From a virus (taxonomy: Duplodnaviria; Caudoviricetes), in the IMG/VR virus record IMGVR_UViG_2627854090_000004, positions 5,758 to 69,757 of that record: a DNA stretch of 64,000 nt; one strand, written 5' to 3'. Positions within the stretch are counted from its first letter, which is position 1; every line of letters begins with the position of its first letter. Made by a program: the position numbers and the translations under genes. Positions 38,515 through 48,711 of the stretch are shown here, in pieces. A model generated the notes under the pieces. It had not been told where the DNA came from. It saw nothing but the letters and a program-made list of their open reading frames with translations, and did not search any database.

Positions 38515-38730
38515 CTACTTACCATTTGCAGGTGGATTTTGTGGTGGAGTAGAATCTTGTATACTATCTTGATTAATATATTTTATATATCCTTTTTTCT
38601 TAAACTCCTCCAAATCAGATTCTCTTATTTTAAGTTTCTCTCCTGCTTTCTTGGATACTTTATCATAACGAATATTAACTTCCGTAGTTATTTCAATCAT
38701 ATTTTCTTTACTTTCTTTAGATACTGCCAT
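38515..38730 (-). CDS. Small head-module protein
   Basis: ORF after major capsid gene. Confidence 0.55.
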   Translation of the reverse strand: MAVSKESKENMIEITTEVNIRYDKVSKKAGEKLKIRESDLEEFKKKGYIKYINQDSIQDSTPPQNPPANGK

Positions 38731-38770
38731 TTATATCAATCCCTTCTACACATATAAAGTTTGATTTTCA

Positions 38771-39808
38771 CTATGCTACTGTTACGAAAAAACATTCTTC
38801 TGCTCTATCAAAAGATGGACAAACGATTTGTGATACCTTGGTATCTACCTCAACAGGATCTTCTTTAACCATAGTAGTTATTGCTATTCCTGTTTTAATT
38901 ACCTGTGTATCAAGTTTTCCACTTCCATACTCTTTATCAAATTCCTCCGGAGTAACAGCATAAAGAGTTTTTCCTAAACTACCTGCAGGTATAAGAGTAA
39001 CTAGATCATCCTCATAAAAATTCATAGTTACTCCTTCTTCATTTACATAGGTACCATTCAAAATAGCTATCTGCAGTCCTAATTTTTTACTTAAGAAAGA
39101 AACATAGTCTGAATCAGTTAGTATAACTTCTCCTAATACTCTTGATTTAAGGTCGTTAGTTATTGCAGTATTTTGTGTAATATAATTGAAGGTTTTTTGC
39201 GTTAATAACATTCTGCTTGGTTTTTCCAATCCTTCATCAGTAAATACTTTTTGCCATCTATCTATGTCTCCAACTATATCAGACGAAGGATCACTCCATG
39301 CTGAAGTTCCAGCTAATACCTCCTTGTGTTCCGCAGGTATAATATAGTCAACTACAATGTCTCCATCTTTTGTTGTTATATTTATCTCACCTTTTTGAAT
39401 AGCTTGAGCTCTCATTCGAGTTGATTGAACATCTGCACCTGCTACTAAAGTTGCATAGTTTTCAAATACAGTTTTAGTTATAAATTCAACTAAGTTTTGA
39501 TTGTTGCTTTTCTGTGCAATTATTAAATCTCTTCTATCTTTCTCCTTTATTCCTATAGCTTCTTTGAAAAATGGCATTTCTTTCTTTTCAACAGATATGT
39601 CTGCTTTCAATGCCCTTACTTTAGCAGCTGTATCAAATGTAGATAGTCTTAAAGCTACAGGCTTTAGATTTGCACCTTTTGCTATCTCTATTTCTGTGCT
39701 TAATTGTTTAGTAACTGGAAATAAAGCCTGATCTATTGTTGTTTGTGGTGGTAAATTTTTAATATATAAAGCTATTTCTTTAGAGTTTATAAAATCTTTT
39801 AAATCCAT
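38771..39808 (-). CDS. Major capsid protein (lambda E-like family)
   Basis: LFP, PFFKE, MR.QA...G.I, W...SDI..DI, G.T....TPEE, DPV...T.VS. Confidence 0.88.
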   Translation of the reverse strand: MDLKDFINSKEIALYIKNLPPQTTIDQALFPVTKQLSTEIEIAKGANLKPVALRLSTFDTAAKVRALKADISVEKKEMPFFKEAIGIKEKDRRDLIIAQKSNNQNLVEFITKTVFENYATLVAGADVQSTRMRAQAIQKGEINITTKDGDIVVDYIIPAEHKEVLAGTSAWSDPSSDIVGDIDRWQKVFTDEGLEKPSRMLLTQKTFNYITQNTAITNDLKSRVLGEVILTDSDYVSFLSKKLGLQIAILNGTYVNEEGVTMNFYEDDLVTLIPAGSLGKTLYAVTPEEFDKEYGSGKLDTQVIKTGIAITTMVKEDPVEVDTKVSQIVCPSFDRAEECFFVTVA

Positions 39809-39828
39809 TATCTTTCCCTCCTAATTCA

Positions 39829-40179
39829 TTATAAAAATTTAATCATATTTAGAGCAGTTATAGCTTCATCCGTAACTGTGTCACCTGAGTACTCTTCAAT
39901 TTTAGATTTATTTACAAAACCATGTATCATTACTGGAAGTATTTCTGTCCCCATTGAATTATTAAAATCAATATCTTCAAAAAGTATTCCAAAAGATGTA
40001 GTACCATTAGCTGGTTTACCATCTTTATCTACTAAAATTCCAGCAGGAAGTACTCCATCAATTAATTTTGCAGCAACATCTGTTTTAGCCACCTTTATAT
40101 TTATATTTACAAAATGATCTCCTGCTATTTCTCTTATATCCTTCTGTCCTACACTTATTTTTTGTGTACTTTGTCTCAT
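39829..40179 (-). CDS. Head decoration-like protein
   Basis: PAG..., GILFED, V..HG.V; between scaffold and capsid. Confidence 0.65.
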   Translation of the reverse strand: MRQSTQKISVGQKDIREIAGDHFVNINIKVAKTDVAAKLIDGVLPAGILVDKDGKPANGTTSFGILFEDIDFNNSMGTEILPVMIHGFVNKSKIEEYSGDTVTDEAITALNMIKFL

Positions 40180-40195
40180 TATTTATACCTCCTTG

Positions 40196-40849
40196 TTATT
40201 TTAAGAAAAAGCTATCTAAATTTTCACTTGCTTTAACGGCCTCTACCTTTTCAGCAGCTAGTCTTTCGCCTAAACTTTTACCCTTGTTATTTTCACTTCC
40301 ACCATTATTAGAATTACCAGGATTACCTATATTACCAGTTCCTCCTGCCCCTGCATTGGTATTTGTTTCAGTGCTATTTTCATCAAACAAATAACCATCA
40401 GATTCTTTCAAAGCTTCAAGCTGTTCTTTTAACCCAATAATATCTTCCCCATCTAACTTCAAGTTTTCTAGGTTTAAAAGTGCTTTTACTGTCTTAGGAT
40501 TTTTAGCCTTGGCACCTGTGAGAGCCTTATCAAGCTTAGTATCAAAGTTCAGTTTTTCAATCTTGGCTTCATAATCCTTGGCAACATTTTTATTTTCATC
40601 TTTGAGCCTTTCAATTTCAGCTGTAAGTTCTTCATTACCTTTTGCTTTTTCTTTTAAATCTTCTAGCTGTTTATCTCTGTCTTTCAGTTGCTTTTTATAG
40701 TCCTTGATAGAATTGTTTACAGTGTCAAGTTCAGTTTTTTCAATATAACCAGTACTATCCACCAAATCAATGTCGGCATATTTCTTTTTAACGTCCTCCG
40801 GTATTTGAGCAAAAGCAGCATTTCCTAATATTTCACTTAATTTTGGCAT
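40196..40849 (-). CDS. Capsid scaffolding protein (GP20 family)
   Basis: Coiled coil; AKAKN.K.VKALL, GL.EQL..LKESD.YLF. Confidence 0.88.
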   Translation of the reverse strand: MPKLSEILGNAAFAQIPEDVKKKYADIDLVDSTGYIEKTELDTVNNSIKDYKKQLKDRDKQLEDLKEKAKGNEELTAEIERLKDENKNVAKDYEAKIEKLNFDTKLDKALTGAKAKNPKTVKALLNLENLKLDGEDIIGLKEQLEALKESDGYLFDENSTETNTNAGAGGTGNIGNPGNSNNGGSENNKGKSLGERLAAEKVEAVKASENLDSFFLK

Positions 40850-40867
40850 TGTAATTCCTCCTTATTT

Positions 40868-41128
40868 TCATTTAATTAAATCTTTTTCTATTTCTTCAAA
40901 ACTATTTCCATAAGTAAAACCAACTATTTTAATGCCATTAAAAGTTTTAAGCGTTAATTCCTCATTATAAGCCTTTTTATAATAAGCAAATTTACTGTCA
41001 AAGTTCTCATTTTCATTTATTATAATCTCAGGCTTTGGAAATCCTTGCATTTGAATTTTTACACCTATATACTTAATGCCTCTCTTACTTGCTATATAAA
41101 AACATTTTTCTAACTCTTTGATACTCAT
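40868..41128 (-). CDS. Conserved phage hypothetical protein
   Basis: PEIIIN..ENF..K..YY..AY...L. Confidence 0.7.
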   Translation of the reverse strand: MSIKELEKCFYIASKRGIKYIGVKIQMQGFPKPEIIINENENFDSKFAYYKKAYNEELTLKTFNGIKIVGFTYGNSFEEIEKDLIK

Positions 41129-41283
41129 TGATATTACCTCCTAAATTTTTATAAAATAAAAAGCCCTATCTCTAAGACTTATTAAAAGCACAATGTACAA
41201 GCTTCTATTCTCTTATTGTTGCAACTTTTCACATTATGACATTTTCTACATTGCTCTGACAATCTACTTATATTATTCATTTC

Positions 41284-41559
41284 CTACTCCCCTTCATACT
41301 TTTGCCTGAGTTCCTGCATTATCTCTTTATTCTGTTCCGTTATACTCTCCATTTCAGATTGTAGCTTTTCAATTTTTTTGATGTTTTTTCTTACCCTTTT
41401 ATCAGTATAAAATGAAGTATACTCCTGTTTACAGTATGGACAGATAAAATAAGTTCTTTGAACATTATCATCAATCCACTTAGTTTTAAGCTTCCTAATT
41501 TTAAATTGCTTATGGCAGTTATCACAGTGCAACATCATATTTCCAAAAGATTTCCTCAT
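41284..41559 (-). CDS. Zn-ribbon phage protein
   Basis: CDNC and CPYC motifs. Confidence 0.7.
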   Translation of the reverse strand: MRKSFGNMMLHCDNCHKQFKIRKLKTKWIDDNVQRTYFICPYCKQEYTSFYTDKRVRKNIKKIEKLQSEMESITEQNKEIMQELRQKYEGE

Positions 41560-41574
41560 ATTCTGGTCAACTCC

Positions 41575-42519
41575 TTAATTACCACTAAAATAATCACCGT
41601 ATTTATCATACCAAGCATCTAAATCTTTATCACTGCCACCTTTTACCCAACTATTAAGCCTTGAACCTATATTCTCTAAACTATCATCCAGTAAAGGCTC
41701 TTGATAACACAATCCGTTAGGATGATCTACAGGACAATCTTTAAGTAAATATTCTTTGCCATCTCTTTCTTTGCATAATGGGCAAGTTCTACCAGGTGCA
41801 AAGACACTATGCCATCTTACTTTCTCAATAAAAGGATTTTTCTCACAACTTTTTATCATTGATAATGTATAAGCATGACTTATAGAAGTCCTTGCCAATC
41901 TTTGTGCATTATAATCTATTGTTTTTGCAGTATCTGGATAGACTTTTTTCCACTGCCAATCCTTTTTAGAATCTGGATTAACATATTCCTGAAGATCCTG
42001 TGCCAATTCATAAGCACTCTTCTTTTCTGCAATACCTTTTTGAATAATATAATCAATATCCCCATTTACTTTGTTTTCATTGAACCATATTCTTTTAGAA
42101 AGCCCTCTACCATCTTTATAGAAATTACCTGAAACAAGCTCTTTTAATACATCATTAGGAACACTAGAAAACATATTCTTAAAAGATTCACTAAGTCCCA
42201 ATCCGTATCTCATATTGATTTCGTCAAAAAAATCCAATTGTATCTCACTGGCATTTTCTGCACTTTTTTTCATATTTTCAGATATAGTAGATTTCAAAAC
42301 TATATTCATCTGCTTGATTTGTGCTCTTACAGCCTTTTTATAATCTTTTGCCCATCTCTCTGTGAGGCTGCCTTTTTTTGCTCTATTAGCTTTCACCTGC
42401 AGACTTTTAGAAACATCCTTGTATAAATCTCTTATATGTTTGTATTGCTCAATATTTAGTTTAGATTGTTTTTTTCTAGAGCTATCAATTAACTTTTCAT
42501 ATTCATTCAATGCAATCAC
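41575..42519 (-). CDS. Minor capsid / head morphogenesis (MuF-like) protein
   Basis: LS.RIW, RLART...AY, C..C...DG, HPNGLC. Confidence 0.85.
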   Translation of the reverse strand: MIALNEYEKLIDSSRKKQSKLNIEQYKHIRDLYKDVSKSLQVKANRAKKGSLTERWAKDYKKAVRAQIKQMNIVLKSTISENMKKSAENASEIQLDFFDEINMRYGLGLSESFKNMFSSVPNDVLKELVSGNFYKDGRGLSKRIWFNENKVNGDIDYIIQKGIAEKKSAYELAQDLQEYVNPDSKKDWQWKKVYPDTAKTIDYNAQRLARTSISHAYTLSMIKSCEKNPFIEKVRWHSVFAPGRTCPLCKERDGKEYLLKDCPVDHPNGLCYQEPLLDDSLENIGSRLNSWVKGGSDKDLDAWYDKYGDYFSGN

Positions 42520-43956
42520 CTATTCATTATTAGGAACAAACTGCTCATTTTCAGCCGCAGTTATATCGGCTATGTCTTTGATTATTTCATCCATCTCTCC
42601 ATCTACATCCTCTGTATTGGAGAAATCTTTAATATAGGACTTGTGGCTTCTTACATTACTCTGAACCTCCTGTATGGCCAATGTCTTTTTATCATCTATG
42701 TCCTCTGGAATAGGGAAATTATGATTAAACACAATATTGAACTCTAAATCATCCCATTCATGATTCCAATCCTTATAGCAATTAAATTTACTGCAGCACT
42801 CAATAATCAGCTTTATCAAATCCTTGATTACCGGCTCCCATGTATTCCATTTCTCATTACATCTGGCTATCAGATCATTATAAAGATACTTCAACGCCTT
42901 AGCTGAAGGAACATTTTTAAGTTCCTCTTGTTTCGGCATATCTAACATCTCATACATATCTTTTTCAGCTCTATCAAGAAACTTCTCTGCCGGATCTGCT
43001 GATGTAAATGAACTTTCAAGCCTTTTAGCATCTGCGGTATGATCTTCATCTTTACTAACTAAAGGAATTATTGCTCCTGGAGCTACTTTACAACTATTAA
43101 CACTGTTTTCATCAGCATCTATGATTACACGCTCACCAAACATATTAAATCTCAGTGCATCAGCATAATCAGAAACTTTTCTATTGTAACTATTTTGTGC
43201 ATCTCTAAGACCTGTCACATCACTTTGGCCATGTATATCTCCAAGCATTGAGTCATTCAGAATTACCCAAGCTGGAAGCCTGTCAAGTTTAGTATCAACT
43301 TCAACTACAGATGCAGGAGTACCAAAGTTTCCATTCACAAATGTCTCTATTTTATGCTTACATGAACTATTTTCTAAACTATAAGTATGCCTGTACCATA
43401 TTTGATTGTCCTGTTGCAAGTCTGTTGTATCAGGTTCTTGAACCACTAAAATAATTTCTTTAAGTTTCTTATAATTTTGTGCAGTAGTTCTATAAGTAAA
43501 ATCATTGATAGAATTATAAAAAATATTTATCGGCTGTTCTGGATTAGCTTCAACTCTTAAAAGTATCCTTCTTCTTACAGTACAATCTAAAAAAGCCTTT
43601 AGAGTATCACTCCAAAAGCTGTTGTCTGCAAGAATTTTATCTATAAATTGTCTTAATTCTTCACATTTATATTTATCATCAACATCATAAGGCTTGAATA
43701 AAATGTCCGGGGGCACACTAAACATAAATCTTGCCTGCTTGCGGAGAAGTGGACCCACCTTATTCCTTATGTCCTGTGCTGGTATGTAATCCAAATCATC
43801 ACTAACTGTCCATGATTGTCCAATAGTGTCCGGATCACTTATTGCCCTTTGCTCATCCTGGCATTTTCCTTTGTAATAGAAATAATCATTCTTGCATTGT
43901 TTTCTTTCCTTTAGTTGAATGGATGTTAATCCTAATAATTGTTGTTTAGTATTCAC
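42520..43956 (-). CDS. Portal protein (SPP1-like)
   Basis: G.SD...L...Q..YN...SD..D.LRF, SAKAL; after terL. Confidence 0.85.
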   Translation of the reverse strand: MNTKQQLLGLTSIQLKERKQCKNDYFYYKGKCQDEQRAISDPDTIGQSWTVSDDLDYIPAQDIRNKVGPLLRKQARFMFSVPPDILFKPYDVDDKYKCEELRQFIDKILADNSFWSDTLKAFLDCTVRRRILLRVEANPEQPINIFYNSINDFTYRTTAQNYKKLKEIILVVQEPDTTDLQQDNQIWYRHTYSLENSSCKHKIETFVNGNFGTPASVVEVDTKLDRLPAWVILNDSMLGDIHGQSDVTGLRDAQNSYNRKVSDYADALRFNMFGERVIIDADENSVNSCKVAPGAIIPLVSKDEDHTADAKRLESSFTSADPAEKFLDRAEKDMYEMLDMPKQEELKNVPSAKALKYLYNDLIARCNEKWNTWEPVIKDLIKLIIECCSKFNCYKDWNHEWDDLEFNIVFNHNFPIPEDIDDKKTLAIQEVQSNVRSHKSYIKDFSNTEDVDGEMDEIIKDIADITAAENEQFVPNNE

Positions 43957-45296
43957 TAGAATACGGTACCTCCTTTCCTCCTACGGTAAACATTATTTTT
44001 AAGACCTCTGCCTTTGTTATAAACAGAATCTGCATATTTACCATCAACATTTTTATACAATATTGTATTTACAAAATATCTAACTGCATCCATAGCGTGA
44101 TCCATAACTTTCAATGGTTTATCTTCTCCTCTTTCAATTGCCTTTTCATCCCAAATATAAGAGAAAAACTCTTTGAAAGTATTTAAACAGCAGTCATTGA
44201 ATTGAATCATATCTTCATTTAATGCACTTGCAACATTTCTTATACCTTCAAGCACATCATTTTTAGCTTTTCTTACTGTAAACTTACCTTCTTTTCTTAT
44301 AAAAGCTATGAAGCTTGCAGCACTAGGATCTATTATTACAGCTTTTATCTTTCTATCTCCTGCGAACTCAACTAGATCATCATAGTATTCATCATCTGCT
44401 TTCTGCTTACCCTTGTCTCTGCCTGAATAATAGTATTCTTTCACAAGATACCATTTGTCCAAATACTTACCCCACAATAAAAATGCAGTGGCATTTTGGG
44501 TTCCGTAGTCGCAGCTGATATAGTATTCTTTGTAATCCCTAACTATTGACTGAACCTTATGTTTAACCTCGTCAAACATATCATAGATTAATCCCTCTGC
44601 CTGTACCCATAAACCTAATATATAACGTTTGAAGAATACTCCTGTGAACATCCTCCTAAATCTCTCTTTAACCTTCTCTGAAAGGCTTAAATTATCATCC
44701 ATTGTAAAATGCATGTAGAGTATGTTCTTTTCTTTGGATTTATCTATGAATTCAGTCTTAACAAAATGATAAGGTGAACCAGGATTACAGTTCATAAATA
44801 TCTTTGCACCTTCTACTGAGCATCTACCAATCATCTGATCTACAAAATTTTGAGGAAACAAAGCAACTTCATCAGCAAAAGCACCTGCAGATGTTAAACC
44901 TTGAAGTCTGTCCTGAGACTTTTCGTTATTAGCATCATACATGTAGTAGGTATTATCACCAATAATGATATAATTTTCTGACCTGTTATATTTATATCTT
45001 AATCCCCATGAAGTAAGTATTTGCTGCATAGGTCCTATAACATTCTTCTTCAATGCTCCTATAGTTTTACCTGACAATATGAAGTTTTCACCATTGAAAT
45101 TCTTTAAGGACCATCTTAAAAAACTGCATATCATGGCAATAGTTTTACCAGATCTTATGGCTCCATCTGCAATTACTATATCTTTGTCCTGGAACGGTGA
45201 TCCTTTTTCCCAGAAGAATAACAATTTTTTCTGTTTTAATGAGAAAGGTTGAAATCTAAATCCCTTAATCTTTCTTTTCTTCCCCATTTTCATCAT
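43956..45296 (-). CDS. terL: Terminase large subunit (PBSX family)
   Basis: GAIRSGKT, DEVAL, NCNP, DYG, DHAMDAVRY. Confidence 0.95.
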   Translation of the reverse strand: MMKMGKKRKIKGFRFQPFSLKQKKLLFFWEKGSPFQDKDIVIADGAIRSGKTIAMICSFLRWSLKNFNGENFILSGKTIGALKKNVIGPMQQILTSWGLRYKYNRSENYIIIGDNTYYMYDANNEKSQDRLQGLTSAGAFADEVALFPQNFVDQMIGRCSVEGAKIFMNCNPGSPYHFVKTEFIDKSKEKNILYMHFTMDDNLSLSEKVKERFRRMFTGVFFKRYILGLWVQAEGLIYDMFDEVKHKVQSIVRDYKEYYISCDYGTQNATAFLLWGKYLDKWYLVKEYYYSGRDKGKQKADDEYYDDLVEFAGDRKIKAVIIDPSAASFIAFIRKEGKFTVRKAKNDVLEGIRNVASALNEDMIQFNDCCLNTFKEFFSYIWDEKAIERGEDKPLKVMDHAMDAVRYFVNTILYKNVDGKYADSVYNKGRGLKNNVYRRRKGGTVF

Positions 45297-46065
45297 CCTT
45301 GAATAATTGTTTTATCTGTTTTTCATCTAAAGTAGATGCATTAATAAAGTCTTTAATATTTTCCTTGTCATGTTCATTGGTACCACTGGAATTACTAATA
45401 TCAATCTTTAATTTATCAATTCTAAGCTTTTGTTCTTCAGTAGCAAGATTACTCTTCAGCAATTCATCATACTGCTTAATCATACTCTCAAGAGTTTTCA
45501 TTGCCCTTGATTGAGCCTGAAGGAATGTAGCCTGCTTATCCCAGGCAAACTGCAGTTCATATTCTTTTTCCCAGCTGTCAGAAGTTTCTCCAGTGGACTC
45601 CTTTTCTCTTTTGAGTACTTTAGTCAAATCCTTCTGATTCTTCACACTCATAATTCTCTGGGACCTTGCTATGGCCGTATATTGAATTATTATATTTTCC
45701 CACAGCATATCCAACGGATCTTTAACCATAATATCCTCCACTATTTCTATTGTTTCAGGCGGAAAAATCTTAGAAAAAAAGCCATGCGTTTCAGCGTTTT
45801 TATTACCTTTCGGTACGCTGCTCACATGACCTTTTGAGTTCTTATTTTTAGGCTGACCGCCCTTTTTTCGTTTGGAGTACTCCGTATTATTCTTTTGGAG
45901 TACTCCATTCAATTTATCCTGCCAATGGTCCTTGCATTTCCATCCACTGACGGTTTTCTCTGATATATTTAAAGTCTTTGCGATTTGTCTATTTTCAATA
46001 TTTCCGTCATTCTCTTTGTAAATCTCAAATGCTTTGTCCCGGTTCGGGCTTCTCTGTCTTGGCAT
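45265..46065 (-). CDS. terS: Terminase small subunit
   Basis: MPR.RSP.RD.A HTH, GGQP.NKN, GNKNA..HG. Confidence 0.9.
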   Translation of the reverse strand: MPRQRSPNRDKAFEIYKENDGNIENRQIAKTLNISEKTVSGWKCKDHWQDKLNGVLQKNNTEYSKRKKGGQPKNKNSKGHVSSVPKGNKNAETHGFFSKIFPPETIEIVEDIMVKDPLDMLWENIIIQYTAIARSQRIMSVKNQKDLTKVLKREKESTGETSDSWEKEYELQFAWDKQATFLQAQSRAMKTLESMIKQYDELLKSNLATEEQKLRIDKLKIDISNSSGTNEHDKENIKDFINASTLDEKQIKQLFKDDENGEEKKD

Positions 46066-46132
46066 CTCTACACTGTCACCACCTGCCTATTCGTTTTGTT
46101 TTGGAGTGAAAGAACTATTATAAAAACTATAT

Positions 46133-46363
46133 TTATGAGTCTTCTCCTATAGCCTTATCTATAATTTCCAAAGTTCCTGGTTCTTCCTTTATAATTTTTC
46201 CCATGAGTGTTATAAAATCCTGTTTTAAATTTGTTGCTATTGTTTTTGCACTTGCAGTTCCGGGATGTTTTGTACATCCTTCCTCATAGAAAATGCCATT
46301 CTCTAAATTTCTTAGTTCGTTAATTATATGATCTATTTCAAATTGGTATCTTTTTAAATTCAT
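46133..46363 (-). CDS. Hypothetical protein
   Basis: ORF with RBS. Confidence 0.55.
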   Translation of the reverse strand: MNLKRYQFEIDHIINELRNLENGIFYEEGCTKHPGTASAKTIATNLKQDFITLMGKIIKEEPGTLEIIDKAIGEDS

Positions 46364-46394
46364 ATAATTGCGCCTACCTTCCTCAGCATATTAG

Positions 46395-46682
46395 CTACAA
46401 TAAGCTTCTAAATTCCTCGGTTAATTGATGAATTGTATCAATGCCTATCTCTACAATATTTTTGCCTTGAAATTCACCTATTTTTTCTAAAAAATTATCA
46501 ATTTCTTTCTTTTTAGCTGAGTTAGCATATATAGCTGCTAATCCAATTAAATATGGCTCAATTGGATTGCTCTCTATAAAATCTGCATCCGCGTAACCTC
46601 CAAATCCAAATCTATCACAATTTAAAATTTTACATATTGTATGTTCAATATTTATTGCTGCTCCATGGCTCTCAAACGACAT
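46395..46682 (-). CDS. Hypothetical protein (moron)
   Basis: AAGGAG RBS and own sigma-H-like promoter. Confidence 0.6.
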   Translation of the reverse strand: MSFESHGAAINIEHTICKILNCDRFGFGGYADADFIESNPIEPYLIGLAAIYANSAKKKEIDNFLEKIGEFQGKNIVEIGIDTIHQLTEEFRSLL

Positions 46683-46760
46683 AAAATATACATCTCCTTT
46701 TGCATAATATTTCTACAAAAGGAGCCAATATCCTTTAACTTTCGTTCGTCAATATATGAC

Positions 46761-46949
46761 TTAATTTTCAAGTCCATATTTACAAATGGTATTTTTACAC
46801 CTACATGTATGTACCTTTCCTATCTTTCTGTTAGGGCACTTCTCACAGTATTCTATAAATTTCTCTTTGCAACCTATTTTGTCTTTCTGTATCTTTGCGC
46901 AGTATGAGCAATCTTTTATACACTCATGTATTGATGGATTATACATCAT
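46761..46949 (-). CDS. Small Cys-rich protein
   Basis: Multiple CxxC motifs. Confidence 0.5.
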   Translation of the reverse strand: MMYNPSIHECIKDCSYCAKIQKDKIGCKEKFIEYCEKCPNRKIGKVHTCRCKNTICKYGLEN

Positions 46950-46953
46950 ACTC

Positions 46954-47142
46954 TCACCTCACCCTCTTAATAGCACCCTTGACTCTCCTAAAGCAGTCAT
47001 GCATCATAAGTCTTTGATAATCATAAAAGGAGAGGTGCTCGCCTCTCCTAGATTTATCCTTATTCTGTTTTTCTATCTTATCCTTGAGGATCTCTTTCAC
47101 TTTCACACCTCTCCACCTTCTTTCAAAAACAAAAATAAGCAC
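46954..47142 (-). CDS. Small phage protein
   Basis: E.LSF.D...LM.HD..RR..GA.K; real start probably GTG near 47106. Confidence 0.5.
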   Translation of the reverse strand: MLIFVFERRWRGVKVKEILKDKIEKQNKDKSRRGEHLSFYDYQRLMMHDCFRRVKGAIKRVR

Positions 47143-47498
47143 CAGTTTTGACCAGTACTTATTTTTGTTATCATCTTTGCTTATATAATAGGGGAACTAT
47201 TATTTTCATTTTCTCTAAGGTATTTCCTTAGGACACTTATAATTATATATAGTATTTGTTACGGTTTAATGTCATATTTATTAATACTATGTAAACATAT
47301 TCCACTATTTTATTAATAATGTTAAAAGACACCTAGCTAAAAGCCAAGTGCCTGCACGCAATATATAGTATTAAATTTTACGGTTTCCCGCATTGGAGCT
47401 CCATTTTACCCTGGAGGCCATAGGTTTATTAAAAAAGGAGAACTTATGTCTTAGCCATAATCGACTATATATAGTATATAATACTTTTACATAGATAT

Positions 47499-47549
47499 TT
47501 TCCCAACTTTGTCTCACTTTTGTCCCAAATCTGTCTCATTTTTGTCTCA
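47499..47549 (-). promoter_or_regulatory. Late-promoter activator-binding repeats
   Basis: TGTC(C/T)CA units at 11-bp period (47510, 47521, 47532, 47543; degenerate 47499) upstream of a TATACT -10. Confidence 0.7.
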
Positions 47550-48263
47550 TGATTTTAACATTTTTTTAAAACTCTCTGTTTTTCTAGCACCAAAAGTCAT
47601 CTTAAGAATTTTGCCTAATTCATGTGAATCCCATTCTTTCAAACTTGGTTGACAGATAATTATGCAAAAGCTAAATATTTGATCTAATACTGCAAATAAT
47701 TTCTCAAAAACAGTATCCAAATTGTCCTTATTTAAAACTGCTATATCAGAAAAATATTTTACAATATTATTTTTACTTTCAATAGTTAATGAATGTGATA
47801 ATCCTGAAAGTCTTTTATATTGAGTTTCCATTTGACTATTTAATGATATACTCTTTTCTTTTAAGGAACTAACATATTCATTATTAATAACTTCTTCCAT
47901 GGTTTTCTTATTTCTGCTATATGATCTATCATGTATGCTATACTGCTTTCCATTAATATTGTTTGATGTTTCTATTAAATGTTTTATAAAATTTTCTAGA
48001 CTACTTCTCAAAACTAATGATGTTCCTCGTGGATAATTGTTTAAAATCAGAGAGAATGATTCCAGTAAACACGAAAATGAAATTTTATAGTAATTAGAAT
48101 TAAAAAAATTTTGTAAATCAATCCTGTTTGAAAGATAATTTATTGCATATATTGTACAGAAAACTTTCATAAGGTTATCTCTGTATATTTCTTTAATATT
48201 AGTATTCCCATATTGATTTAATATTAATTTAAATTGTTTAATTGCATCCTCAGAATAACTCAT
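47547..48263 (-). CDS. HEPN-like domain protein
   Basis: LRSSLENF helix and YKRLSGLSH (R-X5-H). Confidence 0.6.
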   Translation of the reverse strand: MSYSEDAIKQFKLILNQYGNTNIKEIYRDNLMKVFCTIYAINYLSNRIDLQNFFNSNYYKISFSCLLESFSLILNNYPRGTSLVLRSSLENFIKHLIETSNNINGKQYSIHDRSYSRNKKTMEEVINNEYVSSLKEKSISLNSQMETQYKRLSGLSHSLTIESKNNIVKYFSDIAVLNKDNLDTVFEKLFAVLDQIFSFCIIICQPSLKEWDSHELGKILKMTFGARKTESFKKMLKS

Positions 48264-48691
48264 TTACGTTCATCCTTTTCCCTGATAAAATTCATCCATT
48301 GTGTTAATTCGAGATTAGCGTTAATGTTTTTCGAGTTAACCGATTTTTTAGGCTTATCAACCGGAAATATATTATATATTTCTTGTACTATTTCTATAAT
48401 TTGATTATATTGCAAATCTAAATATATATTTTTTTGTAATCTTGAAGCTAAAAGCGTCCTTGAAGAATATAAGTATTCTTTAAAGGGAATTTTATCATTA
48501 AAACGCTTTATAAAAATTTTATTTATAAATGCCTTTAAATCACAATTCATTGGAAATAAATCTCTTCTTAAAACAATCTCATAAATAATTCCCATAAACA
48601 GTAATTTACTTTGAGACATATTTAATTTATTAGTGGTAATTATTTTCATATCATCTCTAATTTGTTTTAAAGTTCTATCTTCATTATTCAC
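48260..48691 (-). CDS. Hypothetical protein, middle gene of ParA cassette
   Basis: ATGA overlap with next gene; F..N.DL..F...Y.Y.SRTLL.SR. Confidence 0.7.
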   Translation of the reverse strand: MNNEDRTLKQIRDDMKIITTNKLNMSQSKLLFMGIIYEIVLRRDLFPMNCDLKAFINKIFIKRFNDKIPFKEYLYSSRTLLASRLQKNIYLDLQYNQIIEIVQEIYNIFPVDKPKKSVNSKNINANLELTQWMNFIREKDERK

Positions 48692-48711
48692 AAAATTCTA
48701 TCCTCCCTTAA

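Noticed and set aside
41575-42519. MuF-fused polymorphic toxin
   Set aside because: The protein ends about 45 aa after HPNGLC, leaving no room for a toxin domain
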